This document shows, in pieces, positions 28,001 to 38,840 of a stretch of DNA of 64,000 bases. The notes beneath the pieces are model-generated. The model had not been told where the DNA came from. It searched no databases and saw nothing but the letters and a program-made list of their open reading frames with translations. Positions within the stretch are counted from its first letter, which is position 1, and every line of letters begins with the position of its first letter. Position numbers and translations under genes: made by a program. Origin of the DNA: Phoronis australis. Lineage: Eukaryota > Animalia > Phoronida. The stretch lies in NCBI GenBank assembly GCA_002633005.1, contig NMRA01000292.1:124001-188000 (forward strand), written 5' to 3'.

Positions 28001-31000
28001 TTTACCCTGTCAGATTATAACAGCATGAGTAAATTCCTCAATCGGATCCTGGGCGTGGAGGTGGAACTTCAGAACTGCATCTTTCAGTTCTTCACCGACA
28101 CATTGGAGGCTGTCATTCTTCAGGCTAAAAGAAACGGAAAATGGGACATGGGGATTTTGGGTAAGTAGTATATGGTAGCGTATTTTATAGGCCTGTGTTT
28201 CGTTACGTCATCGTCGGATGTCGGTAAAAATTAAATTAAGCCGAGGCAATTTTTTTATAAATTGTGTGAATATTACATTTGTTACAACACCGATGATTGT
28301 CAGCAAAATATAAAGGCAATTTTTCACAACAGGTGGCAGTCATTTTAAATGACTGACAAGAGTAATGTGTAGTGTCTTCATGTGTCACCTTCACCATCAG
28401 TACCTTTTCCTGACCGACCGTACTAAATGTGCACTTTTCTTCCCCGTTTCCCTGTATGAAAATTTTGATGTTTTTGTTGGTCAATACTTATTTTCATTAT
28501 GATCTTCATGTGTGCTTTAATTTTAAGTGCTTGTGTTAGTCTGTTCATTAATGTTGGAAAAGTTAAAGCAACTTTTGATCCATCACTGAGTTAATTAATG
28601 CTGTAATGCCTCGGTAGATCATCAACTAAATAAATTTGCTGTGCTTACAAACTACCAGAGGTCTTGTGGTCAGGGCTTGGAATTTTCCTCTGCTACGAGG
28701 ATTTCCTCTTTTTTGGTTTTGATTTCCTTGTATATTAAATTCCAACTTCCTATTTTTTCTGTTTCTTTTTTATCATTATTTTGACTTTATTCATGCAAAA
28801 ACATTCATTTCAGTTAAATTTTACCACAAAAAATATTTCTATCACTTATTAAAGCCTATTTATTTGTGGAACGATACGTTACCTGGAAAAATTTCCCCCT
28901 TTTGTCATTGGTCATTATAAGTCCCGTGTGATATTCTGAGCTCAGCAGAACCAATCAGCTCAACAGAACTAATCACAGCAATTATATTAACGAGTGCGAG
29001 AAACTGAGGAATGATTAACAGTCTCAAGTTAGTCTATTCTCCGGCTTTATCAGCAACTTGACTTCCAAGTCAAAGTGAAATTCTTCTTTCAAAACTTGTT
29101 TATGTGTGATAGGTTTATCATGGTTTTCCCAATATTTTCGCTAAACGTGCTTTAGAATTTAGATGCCTCTTAGTTCTTCAGTTGAAGTGGAGCATATTTT
29201 ATAGAACTTTGTAGATTAGTTTGGGTCCATAATGTTTAAGTCAATGTTTTGTTACAGATCTCGGCTCAGGTAGTGAAAACGTAAAAGTACTAGACTGTCG
29301 ACAGTTTGTGGCAAAGTTCAGCGGTGGATCTGCCAGAACTGAACTACAAACGGTAATGCATAATTAAAGTTAATTAATTCGTTATTCAGCTCATTTTTTA
29401 CTTCCAACAGATAAAAATATTTTGCAAAAATGAGCACTATATGGGTTGACGGGGTTTACTTCAATTTCTGGCATTCCCACAAAGCCTTTTTTGTGCGGAG
29501 ATTTCGTTAAATGTTAGATTTTCTGTGTTAAAAACTTGCAGCTGAAATGTAATACCAAGTACTAATGGACAATCAACTTGGGTCTTCTATCAAAAATACA
29601 AACTTTTGTTTCAGATCACGTACCATGATTATAAAATCTATCAGTATCACATTTTGTTCCTTATTCCGTTTAATAGTAATTTCTAGGTTTGAGGAGAACT
29701 GACAGTAATGCCAGTTGTTTTACTGCAACACATTTGAATGAAGCAAAGGATAAGGAACCGGCAACACAGAGCAAATACTCTTGAGAAGAATGCCATTTTT
29801 GACATCAGAATATGGTTTATAGTGACTTTTCATTTCATATATTTATTTATTATTTATTTAAGGTTCTTTGAAATACTGCCAGCTATTACTAGATGAATTG
29901 TTTTGTTTGTTTCAGATCAGTGTAGAGCGGGGAATGTCGTGGCAGGAAGCATTGGATTTGTGGCGAGAAAACTCGGGACCTGAGGACGGTTTCTACGTCT
30001 CCAGTCAAGTGAGAATGCTATTGACATGGAGTACAACATAAGTCAGACGAAGTTTAGCAATGTGGTTGTTCTAGTTTGTTTACTCGGCCCATCAGATAAA
30101 TTGTATTTTGCCTTATTCGAAAAAAATTCTCTGCCCAATTAGATCCGATTTTATATGCAAGTTCTGTTGTATTTTGTTTGTAATAAAAAATTGTCTCTGC
30201 TCAAAATTCCAACAGGGCATTATATTGAAGAACCGTTGGAAATCTCAGTTTAATAGAATCCTATTATGGGAATCAAATAAAATTGATTCAAACAAGATTT
30301 CTTTCCTTTTACAGTCTAAGCTTAGTAAGAGCACAGCTGTCCTGGCCATCGCCCTGTCTGGTTCCAAAGCGAGGCGAGAGAAGTTGTACCACATCTACCG
30401 ACCAAACACGGGCCGCCAGTTAAGGGCAGAGACACTAGTGAACATCAAGAAGAAATACAGAAAGGTACCTGGCTGAATAAAATAAATCGCTCGGTGTCGT
30501 GGGAGGTCATTCATGTGATAGCAGCGCTTTTAATCACTCCCCTGAAGTAATTTTTTCATCATGAATCTCTTGTTGGCAGGCTTTTTTGAAGGATAGTCAG
30601 CGTTTTATATGTTTTTCACTGCAATTCATTTGCGAATGGAGATTTGTGACCCCAAAAGACAACTGAGTTGGACTTTGTCTGTCTTGTATTTGTTTTTTCA
30701 AAATTGCAAACTTTGACATTACATGATTGAGAATGGCAAGTTGTACAGAATATATTTGGATACCTTTTCAGTCATGAGCTTTCAAGTGTTGACTATGAAC
30801 ATTCTAAAACCATTGTTAGTTTATTTATTAAAACCTCAGTGTTTGCCAGAGGCTTTGAGTTTTTTGGTGCCCTTAAACAAAAGATGCAATTTTGATATGA
30901 TGTAAGATATGAAGAAATAAAGACTACTTTTATTGAGTTTCATTTCCTTGAAATTCCTTTAATATTTCCACGATAAAAGAACCATCTTATTTTGCCTCAT

Positions 31001-34000
31001 TTTCCAATATTGATTGGCGCTACATTCTCTGCTAGGGTAATGATTTCTGGATGGAAAGAAATTGAATTGAGCCTCAAAATTTTGGAAGGGGTCCCGGTGT
31101 GTTCATGGGGTCCCGGTGTGTCCATGGAGTACTGGCGTGTCCATGAGTTCCCAGTGTGTCCATGTGGCCCCAATGTATCCACGTGGCCCCTGTATGTCCA
31201 TGTGGCCCCAGTGTGTCCATGTGGCCCCAGTGTGTCCATGTGGCCCCAGTGTGTCCATGTGGCCCCTGTATGTCCATGTGGCCCCTGTATGTCCATGTGG
31301 CCCCTGTATGTCCATGTGGTCCTGGTATGTCCATGTGGACCCAGTGTTTGCAGGTGCAAGGTGAAGACTGGGTCTTTAAAGTGATCAATTTTGAATTATT
31401 GTTGATTATTTATTTTAAATGTTAGGGAAATTGATTTAGAATGGGACTCTGGGGTCTGCTTCATGAAAGTGACTTGTGACTTAAGACAGAAAGGTGGTCT
31501 TATGCTCCCATGTCACAATTGATGAAAAAAATTGAGCACAGCATAGTCTAGAAATAATGTATAGAAACTATCTCAGTAATTAGCGGAGACTTTGCACTTT
31601 TGTTCAAGTGAGATTCAAGTGTTTTTGAGAAATAATTGTGTGGAGCATAAGACCACATTTGTGACTTGACATGAAATTCATGAAACAGACCCCTGATGTT
31701 TGTAGTTGACATTTGATGGTGTGATAGCATTTATTCTCATAAGGGAACACTTGAGGTGCACTTTAATGCATTTGATGCATCACATTGGTCTTAAAATGTA
31801 CAAAACAGTGGGTGAATGGATGGTATCTAGAGGGACTTTTGTCAATATTGTGAACCAACGATAATTTATCAGAAAAACTATATTAATTTGTTACTGAATG
31901 TTCAAAGGTTAGAGAAGTGGTGGATTAGTTATCACGCCCGCACATTGTCACGATAATGACCTGTTATGTAAAAGGCGTCTCTTGTTGGAACAGAAGATCA
32001 CCACGACAGTTCAAAAGCTCAATTCACATGAGGGTTGTTGTGCTCTAGCAACGAAACTGTGGGAAGAGAACTACTTCACACAAAGGTTTAAGAAGTGTTC
32101 TCATATCTGTTAAATAATACATGCCTGTGTTGGCCTGTGTAGTGAGTGAATGCAATAGACACTAAGTTCACTGCTGTCTCCTTCCTAGATGGTAGCTGAT
32201 CAAGCCCAGCCCTTGTGGACAAATCAGTATGAAGCCTCAAGTTATACTTGCAGTCATGCATTTTGGTAAGTTCATCAAGTTGAAGATTGAAGACAATACA
32301 TGCACAAGGCTTTTATTGTACAAAGGCTACAAGTTGTGTTGAAAAGGTTCTCTCACTTTTATTGTACCAAGGGTACAAGCTGTATTGAAATGGTTCTCTC
32401 ACTTTCAACAAAACCATAAATTTGTAGCAATCAATGTCTTTATATTAAGAGTTTGTTTGTTCATTCCGGATTTTAGACGTGTATCTTTCTATATATTATG
32501 GTAAAAAATTGAAAAGTAACAAATTTTAGTCTATATAGTGAATGGCAACATGCCATACTTTAAATTTAAGATCAAAGGTTCCGAAAGTAGGTAACAGTGC
32601 TTGCACTTAAGGCAGGCTGTATGTGGTCTTGTTTTCTCTCCAGTTAAAAAACTACCAACAGGTGTCGCTGAGATGGCTCCTCATATGGTAAAATATCACC
32701 AAGTTGGGACAAAGTAATTGCTAAAGATATCATTTTAGCTGTAGCACTGAGCTTGAATGTGGAATGCATTAATTTGGTGCTGCATATCTTTTAGGAAAAA
32801 AATTGAGGAAAAGAAAATTTCACTTTCCACTATGTTGTGTCCCATGCTGGTGAGATTTTACTGTTAATATTAAACTTTCAATGACACTAGTGTCGTGCGA
32901 GTTTGTTTAGATCACACAAGTTTGCCAATTATCTGGGTATCACTGTACATTAATGCCACCTACAGTCAACACCTAGCTTGGATGGAGGTCTAATTCTAAT
33001 ACAGTGGAATTTAACAGCGTTTTTTATAAAGTTTCTTCTCTATGATCATGCTGTCAAATCACCTTTGTGTTTGATGATATGTTTGAAGGATTTGTGTGAA
33101 CAGTCGCTTAATGTTGGTGAATATTGAATGAAAGAAATTGGGGTTTGTATTCATCAACACTGAGGTCGCTTTTGTGTCCTCACAATGCTATAGGACTACG
33201 TGATTGTTTATTGTTTCTTATTCAACAATTCAGCTTCGGCGATCAACCACATCACTAGTGAGGTCTCCGGCTTATTCGCAAAGCTCGCCTTCTACTAATG
33301 TGACTTGAATGTGATTTCACTGGACTTGCAGGAAACTTGCCCTGTGTAACAGGCCCCTAGTCACGTGATTGAACCATCTTTCATTCATCAGTGGTTGACC
33401 TTATTATCCCAAGGCCTATTTTTATCACCCTGACCTATACACCTGAAGTGGCCTTCCAGTGTTAACATGATGTCTTTATTTCCTACTTAGGAAAGGCAAC
33501 TGCAAGCGCATTACTCTGGGTCTTTCATGTGAAATAGGGCTGCGCACACGCACCTACCACGTCCTTAGTGGCAGTGTTCTCAGCGTGTGGAGCAAGGTGG
33601 AGAGCGTGCTCACCTCCATGCCAGGGGGACACAACTCCAAGATGCAGATTGTACGGTTACGCACGGAGGATGGGAGGAGGATTGTGGGTAAGCGGCATGA
33701 TATGCTGATTCGTTGCTTATTTATGTGTGTGTGCCAACATAAAAGTAACAGTAGTTGAGAGCCTAGCAGTTGCAGGTGTATCTTGTTTCATTGAAGCATA
33801 TCAACATCCTGTCATTGCCCACAGGTTTGTATATTAAGTAAAGGCTAAATATCTGGATAAAATTTATTAGAAAATACATTTTTATAAGAGGTGTTTCTCT
33901 AGTCATTGAAGCTGTATCATCTATTTTACAGGCAGTTTAATTCCTAGCAACTGTGTCGAGCCACTGTGCAATGTGTTACGACTAGACGAGTCATTCACTG

Positions 34001-34296
34001 AAGTCAAGGAACCCCCACGACCACCGCGCCCTCCATCCCACGTTGTTCACAAGCCCCTACAGAGGGCACCTTACCAGCCGCCAACACCACTTTCCATGAC
34101 GGAGAAAACAGAAGATGTGAAACTGGAGGTGAAGCCGGTTAAGTCACCATCTCCTCCTCATCAACATCACATATTTGACGTGTCCAGTGACGAAGAGGAT
34201 CACAAAGAGACTCCTCCCCCAGAAGCAACAGATTCCTCGACGACGGAGACTAAACCAGAAGAGTCAAACTTCCTCAGCATGCCCCTACTTGTGTAG
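2740..34296 (+). CDS. SBNO1: Protein strawberry notch homolog 1 (SBNO1-like), spliced CDS with 30 exons; the ATG-bearing first exon was not identified
   Basis: The exons join in phase (4392 nt, 1463 aa plus stop). Diagnostic motifs: [109 protein letters not shown]. Confidence 0.95.
3794..4228 (+). repeat. Interspersed repeat (DNA-transposon-like), copy A
   Basis: Collinear with the reverse complement of 11496-11983, for example TTCGGAAC..ATATCTCAGAAAT, AATTGTTTTTAAAA, GCATGGTCA.GTGA, AATCTACA.TTTT.TAGACATTT. Confidence 0.65.
4509..4607 (+). CDS. SBNO1: SBNO1 exon (SSDTRAGG...SKQ)
   Basis: cag|...|gtacgt, phase 0-0, open; poorly conserved region. Confidence 0.7.
5683..6108 (+). CDS. SBNO1: SBNO1 exon, S/T/G-rich N-terminal region
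   Basis: tag|...|gtaagt; 142 open codons. Confidence 0.8.
7350..7458 (+). CDS. SBNO1: SBNO1 exon ([20 protein letters not shown])
   Basis: cag|...|gtacgc; conserved motif. Confidence 0.92.
8450..8659 (+). CDS. SBNO1: SBNO1 exon ([14 protein letters not shown]...RAGFLIG)
   Basis: tag|...|gtagta; conserved. Confidence 0.93.
9302..9386 (+). CDS. SBNO1: SBNO1 exon, Walker A-like [10 protein letters not shown]
   Basis: cag|...|gtgaga. Confidence 0.95.
10142..10232 (+). CDS. SBNO1: SBNO1 exon ([15 protein letters not shown])
   Basis: cag|...|gtagtg. Confidence 0.93.
10677..10838 (+). CDS. SBNO1: SBNO1 exon ([15 protein letters not shown]...DFDGL)
   Basis: cag|...|gtatcc (U12-like donor). Confidence 0.93.
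10929..11433. mobile_element. hAT-like MITE
   Basis: TIRs AGGGCTTGGAAT / ATTCCAAGCCCT; near-identical 8-nt flanks ggtttttt / ggttttta; CpG-rich interior. Confidence 0.75.
11496..11983 (-). repeat. Interspersed repeat copy B; one end is TTAA|GG (Kolobok/piggyBac-like end, inference)
   Basis: Inverted homolog of 3794-4228; ends in ...tagccTTAA. Confidence 0.65.
12781..12916 (+). CDS. SBNO1: SBNO1 exon, DExH motif ([11 protein letters not shown])
   Basis: aag|...|gtgagc. Confidence 0.95.
13011..13086. repeat. (CA)38 microsatellite
   Basis: Perfect dinucleotide run. Confidence 0.98.
13564..13669 (+). CDS. SBNO1: SBNO1 exon ([15 protein letters not shown])
   Basis: tag|...|gtatgt. Confidence 0.94.
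14368..14521 (+). CDS. SBNO1: SBNO1 exon ([16 protein letters not shown])
   Basis: cag|...|gtaagg. Confidence 0.94.
14759..14941 (+). CDS. SBNO1: SBNO1 exon ([17 protein letters not shown])
   Basis: cag|...|gtaagg. Confidence 0.95.
15161..15255 (+). CDS. SBNO1: SBNO1 exon ([14 protein letters not shown])
   Basis: cag|...|gtaggt. Confidence 0.94.
15696..15853 (+). CDS. SBNO1: SBNO1 exon ([14 protein letters not shown])
   Basis: tag|...|gtttgt. Confidence 0.9.
17301..17583. repeat. 31-bp minisatellite, 9 copies
   Basis: Unit ATCGTAGTAACTGTAACTATGGTTGTAGGTG. Confidence 0.97.
17577..17759 (+). CDS. SBNO1: SBNO1 exon, basic/acidic low-complexity (DDFNPFGS)
   Basis: Acceptor lies in the last unit of a 31-bp tandem array; |gtttgt donor; phase 1-1. 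Confidence 0.82.
17933..18106 (+). CDS. SBNO1: SBNO1 exon, K-rich
   Basis: cag|...|gtatag; an in-frame alternative AG lies 12 nt upstream. Confidence 0.82.
18837..19000 (+). CDS. SBNO1: SBNO1 exon ([15 protein letters not shown])
   Basis: tag|...|gttggt. Confidence 0.93.
19487..19618 (+). CDS. SBNO1: SBNO1 exon (MTGRKGRVV...FMDGEK)
   Basis: cag|...|gtacgt. Confidence 0.95.
20027..20162 (+). CDS. SBNO1: SBNO1 exon ([15 protein letters not shown]...QQFG)
   Basis: tag|...|gtgagt. Confidence 0.95.
21186..21298 (+). CDS. SBNO1: SBNO1 exon ([13 protein letters not shown])
   Basis: cag|...|gtgagt. Confidence 0.95.
21550..21621 (+). CDS. SBNO1: SBNO1 exon ([17 protein letters not shown])
   Basis: cag|...|gtgagc. 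Confidence 0.94.
22118..22217 (+). CDS. SBNO1: SBNO1 exon ([12 protein letters not shown])
   Basis: tag|...|gtgagg. Confidence 0.92.
23500..23580. repeat. 38-bp tandem duplication
   Basis: CCCATGCATTCAGCCACCCTGTTGCTTCTTGAAAGTCT twice. Confidence 0.9.
25679..26431. mobile_element. Tc1/mariner-pogo-like MITE
   Basis: Perfect inverted 16-mer ACCTAATTATCGGACG (25689-25704) / CGTCCGATAATTAGGT (26408-26423); TA at both ends; internal ATATCGGAC motifs. Confidence 0.6.
27295..27366 (+). tRNA. tRNA-iMet-CAT: Initiator tRNA-Met (CAT), intronic in SBNO1
   Basis: 72-nt AGCAGAGTGGCGCAGTGGAAGCGTGCTGGGCCCATAACCCAGAGGTCCGAGGATCGAAACCTTGCTCTGCTA. It has the A1-U72 pair, GGG/CCC anticodon stem and ATCG T-loop of eukaryotic initiator tRNAs, and a T-run terminator directly downstream. 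Confidence 0.97.
27471..27545 (+). CDS. SBNO1: SBNO1 exon ([11 protein letters not shown])
   Basis: cag|...|gtaaag. Confidence 0.88.
28014..28160 (+). CDS. SBNO1: SBNO1 exon (SKFLNRILG...WDMGIL)
   Basis: cag|...|gtaagt. Confidence 0.94.
28671..28926. mobile_element. Older, shorter relative of the 10929-11433 MITE
   Basis: Starts CAGGGCTTGGAATTTTCC and ends ...cattggtcattataagtcccg, a degenerate form of the same right end. Confidence 0.6.
29258..29352 (+). CDS. SBNO1: SBNO1 exon (DLGSGSENV)
   Basis: cag|...|gtaatg. Confidence 0.9.
29916..30008 (+). CDS. SBNO1: SBNO1 exon (ISVERGMSW)
   Basis: cag|...|gtgaga. Confidence 0.92.
30315..30464 (+). CDS. SBNO1: SBNO1 exon (IYRPNTG)
   Basis: cag|...|gtacct. 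Confidence 0.92.
31090..31348. repeat. 19-bp minisatellite, about 13 copies
   Basis: Unit GTGTCCATGTGGCCCCAGT with degenerate ends. Confidence 0.93.
32189..32265 (+). CDS. SBNO1: SBNO1 exon (LWTNQY...CSHAFW)
   Basis: tag|...|gtaagt. Confidence 0.9.
33491..33687 (+). CDS. SBNO1: SBNO1 exon (CEIGLR...LSGSVLSVW)
   Basis: tag|...|gtaagc. Confidence 0.95.
33932..34296 (+). CDS. SBNO1: SBNO1 terminal coding exon (SLIPSNCV plus P/E-rich tail, TAG stop)
   Basis: cag| acceptor; continuous with ORF 33973-34296. Confidence 0.9.
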
Positions 34297-35355
34297 CCCT
34301 GTTCAAGATGTGCCGCTCCATATTGACTGTAGAGCTAGGTGCAGCTGGCTCTCCATGTTGCAGTTGCCGAGCAGTGGTTTCTCAGGTTAAACATTGCTGC
34401 AATCAATATGTTGTTGGTATGAAGACGCAGTTTGATTTTGTTGTTCAAAAAGCACAGCCAGCCTTTCATTTTCTCCTAAAACTAATTCTTGTAATCTAGC
34501 TGCTCTTGAATTTAGTATAAAATTTGTTCTTCGACTGGTTATGTAGCTTCTTAGCAATTGTTCGAGAAGGATCTGCATTATCTTATTTGTCAGAATTTCT
34601 CCTCCCACTGTGATGGGGAAAAGTGCCATTTTAAAAATCTTGTTGTCTTATGTTTAAGTGTTTGTGTTTAACACGATCAAGACCAACTGTTTTGTTTTTA
34701 TAGTGTCAAGAATATGATCAGTGAATAATGATATGCCCATAGTTCACTACAGAATGCATGTGACTTCGTCTTCTTGTAGCACGGTTATGAATCCATATGT
34801 CAAGCTTGTGGAAACTAAGTATATTTTGTTGATGTCGGAGAGTATGATTGGGTGTACTTTGGGCCCTGTTGCACTGATGTTGCTCCCAGAATGTCCATGC
34901 CTGTCTTAACATTTTGATGAAACTGTCTGGGAATGGGCAACTTTGGACAAAAACATGCTTCGAATGCAACATCATTCGCAAGGAATTTTATCCTTGTAGT
35001 TGGTTTGCACTCGTTTTTTGTCCCAGTTTTGAGATCATTCTGAGAACTGCCTTTGTTTGACAGGAGCCTTAGTTTAGGCGACGCACAATGATTTCATGTC
35101 AAAATGATCCGTTCAGTAAAAGTCCTGCGTGGAGTTCGAGGCTAGGTCACTTTTACATGTTTATCTATTTGAAGAGCCAGATGAGCTATATGTATTGCAT
35201 ACTGACATAATACATGTTGTTGGTGTGATTGTAACCAGACATGGTCACACATAATGTCTATTGTTTTGTGAATGTAAATAAGATACTATGGCATCCGTTT
35301 ATGGTAGAATCGTCTATGAAGACTTGCGCGTTGATGTTCACTCGTAAGCGAATTA

Positions 35356-35643
35356 CAAGGGTACTATAGAATCATATGCATGAGCATCGCATCTCATGTA
35401 CAAGGCACCTAGGAACCTATTAATCATGCATGCGAGCCCAAAAATCATGCTCTTTATCATTTGGTGGTTCATGCGTCAGATTCGGATGCTCGTGCGTATG
35501 ATTTGTGTATGTGATTCTTATGGTTCGTGCTCAGGATTTTTGTTCATATTCGTGACTTTTGGGTTCATGTGCATGATTCTTAAGTTCATAGATGGTTCAT
35601 GCGTTAGATGCAATGCCGTGCGTATGATTCTATGGTACCCCTG
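35356..35643. mobile_element. Foldback MITE downstream of the SBNO1 stop (probable 3' UTR)
   Basis: About 95-bp imperfect terminal inverted repeats (CAAGGGTACTATAGAATCATA / TATGATTCTATGGTACCCCTG); AATTA direct repeat on both flanks. Confidence 0.7.
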
Positions 35644-36048
35644 AATTAGCTAATGTAATGTTAAAGTGGATTGCAATTTTTATAAAATTAGTTGTTAAGA
35701 TTGTTAAGATTTCAGTTTAAGCTCAGTTATTGTGCCCGATGACGAATGAAAATGTTTCCTTTGCAGTGCTTGTTGTTTGAGGAGTTAGGAATTTTTTTGT
35801 ACGGCAAGGGTCTTTTGAAGAAGTGTGGTGGTTGTATTTAAAGAACTCGCCTGTAGTGTCTGGTTAAGTTAGTCTGTCAGCACATAAGGTCGCATGGTTG
35901 CTAAGCACTTCCATCCTGTTAATGAAATGAATCTACTGCAGTGGAAGGGCCCTCATGTAAAATTTATTCAAAGGTCGAGCAAAATTTAGAACTGGGCCTG
36001 GTCCAGGTGATAGACAGTATCGGGGTAGGCTGGTGAATACACTTGACT

Positions 36049-36129
36049 TGCATGAAACATTGGGCACTCACTGCCTGTGTAAACTAATGCATGAAACATT
36101 GGGCACTCACTGCCTGTGTAAACTAATGC
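36049..36129. repeat. 39-bp tandem duplication
   Basis: TGCATGAAACATTGGGCACTCACTGCCTGTGTAAACTAA twice. Confidence 0.92.
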
Positions 36130-38840
36130 TCTCCTATTTTACGTTTCCATGACAGCGACAGCTGTCTTCTTCACGGGTTGTGTACGGAACTTGTACAATC
36201 CCGACAGTGTTGGACTAACTGTTGGGTGTTTTTTGGTTTTAGACATCTGAATAGTCACAGAATTTCTGATTGGAATGAGTCAGTAGATTGCGGTTTGTTA
36301 TCGTCAATCATCAGTTTTTCTTGAGTGAATTTCTTTGCCATTCCTTTCTATGAACTTGAATTTTGCTCGAATTTCACGATTCTGCAACTATGAAGTCTTA
36401 TCATTTTATTTCCAAGGGGCACCGATTTATTCCATTGTGCTGTGTTAAGTTAGTGATACAGTGATTGTAACATACTACTGAACAGATGTTAAGTTGTTAG
36501 CTATACTGAAGACTTGTTATATTTATTGATTTCATTGTTTTGTATTGAAAATTAAAAAAGTTAAAACTCATTTTCCTCCAAGTTTTTTGTTGAATTTTCA
36601 AGACATGGTTACGTAAAAGTTGATTGTTAACGCACCGGATAAGTTCGATTCCTCAGTGATGTTAAACTGATTGAATAGCACATTATTATTGCTATTATTG
36701 CTATTATTGCTATCCATTATAAACAGATCAGTACCAGATACGTTGACGGTTACTAATTTTTCTTTCCGAAGGAATAAAAATCACATAACTGTTGGTTGCC
36801 ACTTTGCGTTTAGTCACAAAACAACACCAAAAATCAATCTTGCACGCTTAGGTTTAGGTGAGTGAGAACGACAATGATGTTCTTTTCGCTCCAGGCCTGG
36901 GACCACGGTCATTTTAACACAAGTGTTGTAATTGGCAAGCATGTTGATGTGTCTTCCACCAGTTGCAGCTGGTGCACTAAGCATGGAAGTAACCAAACAA
37001 TCTTCTAACACACATGACCTCGAGGGAGGTATATTAATAGGGCCTTAAAGCCTATCTTCAATGATAAATTTGGTTCCGACAGTATTAAGAGCATCGCTCT
37101 GAGCCCACCAGTGTCACAAATTGCCAAATGTAACGAACTGTTAGGCGTATTGGCTTGCTTTTGTCTACGTCACCGCGAGGATCGCTTTTTAATTCAAACA
37201 ACTGCAAATAACACCCGCACGCAATGGTGTTCTATTCAGACCCCTATTCAATGCAACTTTTTATTGTTTGTGCTGGGATCTTGCGGTGACGCAACATGGC
37301 ACGAAGAGGCAGCTTCACTTAACATTGGATGAGCGTGATTGAAATACAGTTTTTTATTTTACTAAGGCTTTGATAGGACTATCTTGTTAGCCCAATACAT
37401 CGAAAATTAATAACAAAATTCCGTTGAAGTTAGGCTTTACCGAACTGCACAGCAATACAACTTTCCTTTGTACCAAAGGTAAGAAAGCATTATTTTCGTT
37501 GGTCTCCTTGGAATGTCGAGCGCATTTGCACAGGTAATGTTGAAAACTGGCAAAGTTTATGGCTGTGGAAATATTCACGATTTGAAAAGTTTAAAAGTAC
37601 CGGAATTGAAAAGGTTTCTTCAAGAAAGGGAATTCTGTTTGGTTCAAAATTAACCTGACAAACGTGCTTTATTCATTTGTGCCACATTTTTGTTGTTAAT
37701 TGATGTCGGAAGGCGAAGAACTTAACATTACACATCCGTGGGTCAAATTGATCCAACTTTGTACGATAATAATTGGAGCCCTCAGCAGTTTGACACTCGG
37801 GTATATGATGGATATAATGCAGCCAAGAAAAATTTGTAAAGAAAACAACAAAAACGTACAACTCCAATGGTGTGAAACCGAGGCTACAAAAGTGCTTGGC
37901 GGATATTGCGGCATTGTGGGTAAACACAGCGAGATTCAAGTGCTGCTGTGTAATCTGGAACCATCCTATTGTAGCTTCTCTTAAAAGGAAAAAATGGTCC
38001 AGCTTTCCAATCACAAGCTTGTCCTCCCTGACTGTAAATCTTAACACTTGTGAATCCATAATTTTAAACAACATAACTCCAACAAGCAAGTGTATTTTTG
38101 AATGCTGCAAATATGACCCATTGATAAAGTAACCTTTATCAATTATTCATTATGAAAATAGACAGCCTGTGTACTTCACTCCCAAATTAAAGCAATCTAC
38201 TTTTGCATCACTAATTTCGTACTCACTGACTTCACAACATACAAGGCCAGCCATTTTATACCAACATGAAGCAAGCACAAAAAGAGTGGCAATAAAAAGC
38301 AATAACTAGATCAGGACAAAATTTTCCCCAATTCAAGCAGAGTAAATTAAGTTAGCAGTGACAAGTCTAAACACTGAACTTCAACTGGTCCGCAGTATTC
38401 CAAATTTTATAGTTACTCTACACCACAGTAGTACAAAAACAGGCTCACACTGTATATGATGTAAATTAAAAGCCAAATGCTGTCATCTTAGAAAGCCATC
38501 ATTGTGGTTTGTTTTGGGGTGGAATTTTTGTTTTGACTTAGCACCATGAGTTACTGTTCCTAGCTACACTACCATGAAAACACCATGGAGCAAACAGAGT
38601 TCAATGATTGCTTGAATGGAAAGATTCATTATTGATAACCAAATCTATCCCAGTTAGAAGTTTGTGACTTTGGCTTGGCCTGATAAGCAAATTACTTCAT
38701 ATGAAATTCTGTGCAGAAATGACATAAAATCCATCATTTGCCAGCACTAAACAAGCTGCGTGATGCCAACCTGCAAATTGAACAAGGCATCTTGCAACAA
38801 ATTTCTCAAATCAAGTCGTAATCTCCATGCAAATCGTATG

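Noticed and set aside
30992-31425. Six overlapping ORFs ([10 protein letters not shown] / PVCPCGP repeats)
   Set aside because: By-product of a stop-free 19-bp minisatellite inside an intron; the flanking exons join without it
37673-38132. 145-aa, 94-aa and 86-aa intergenic ORFs as a separate gene
   Set aside because: No motif, splice pattern or compositional support
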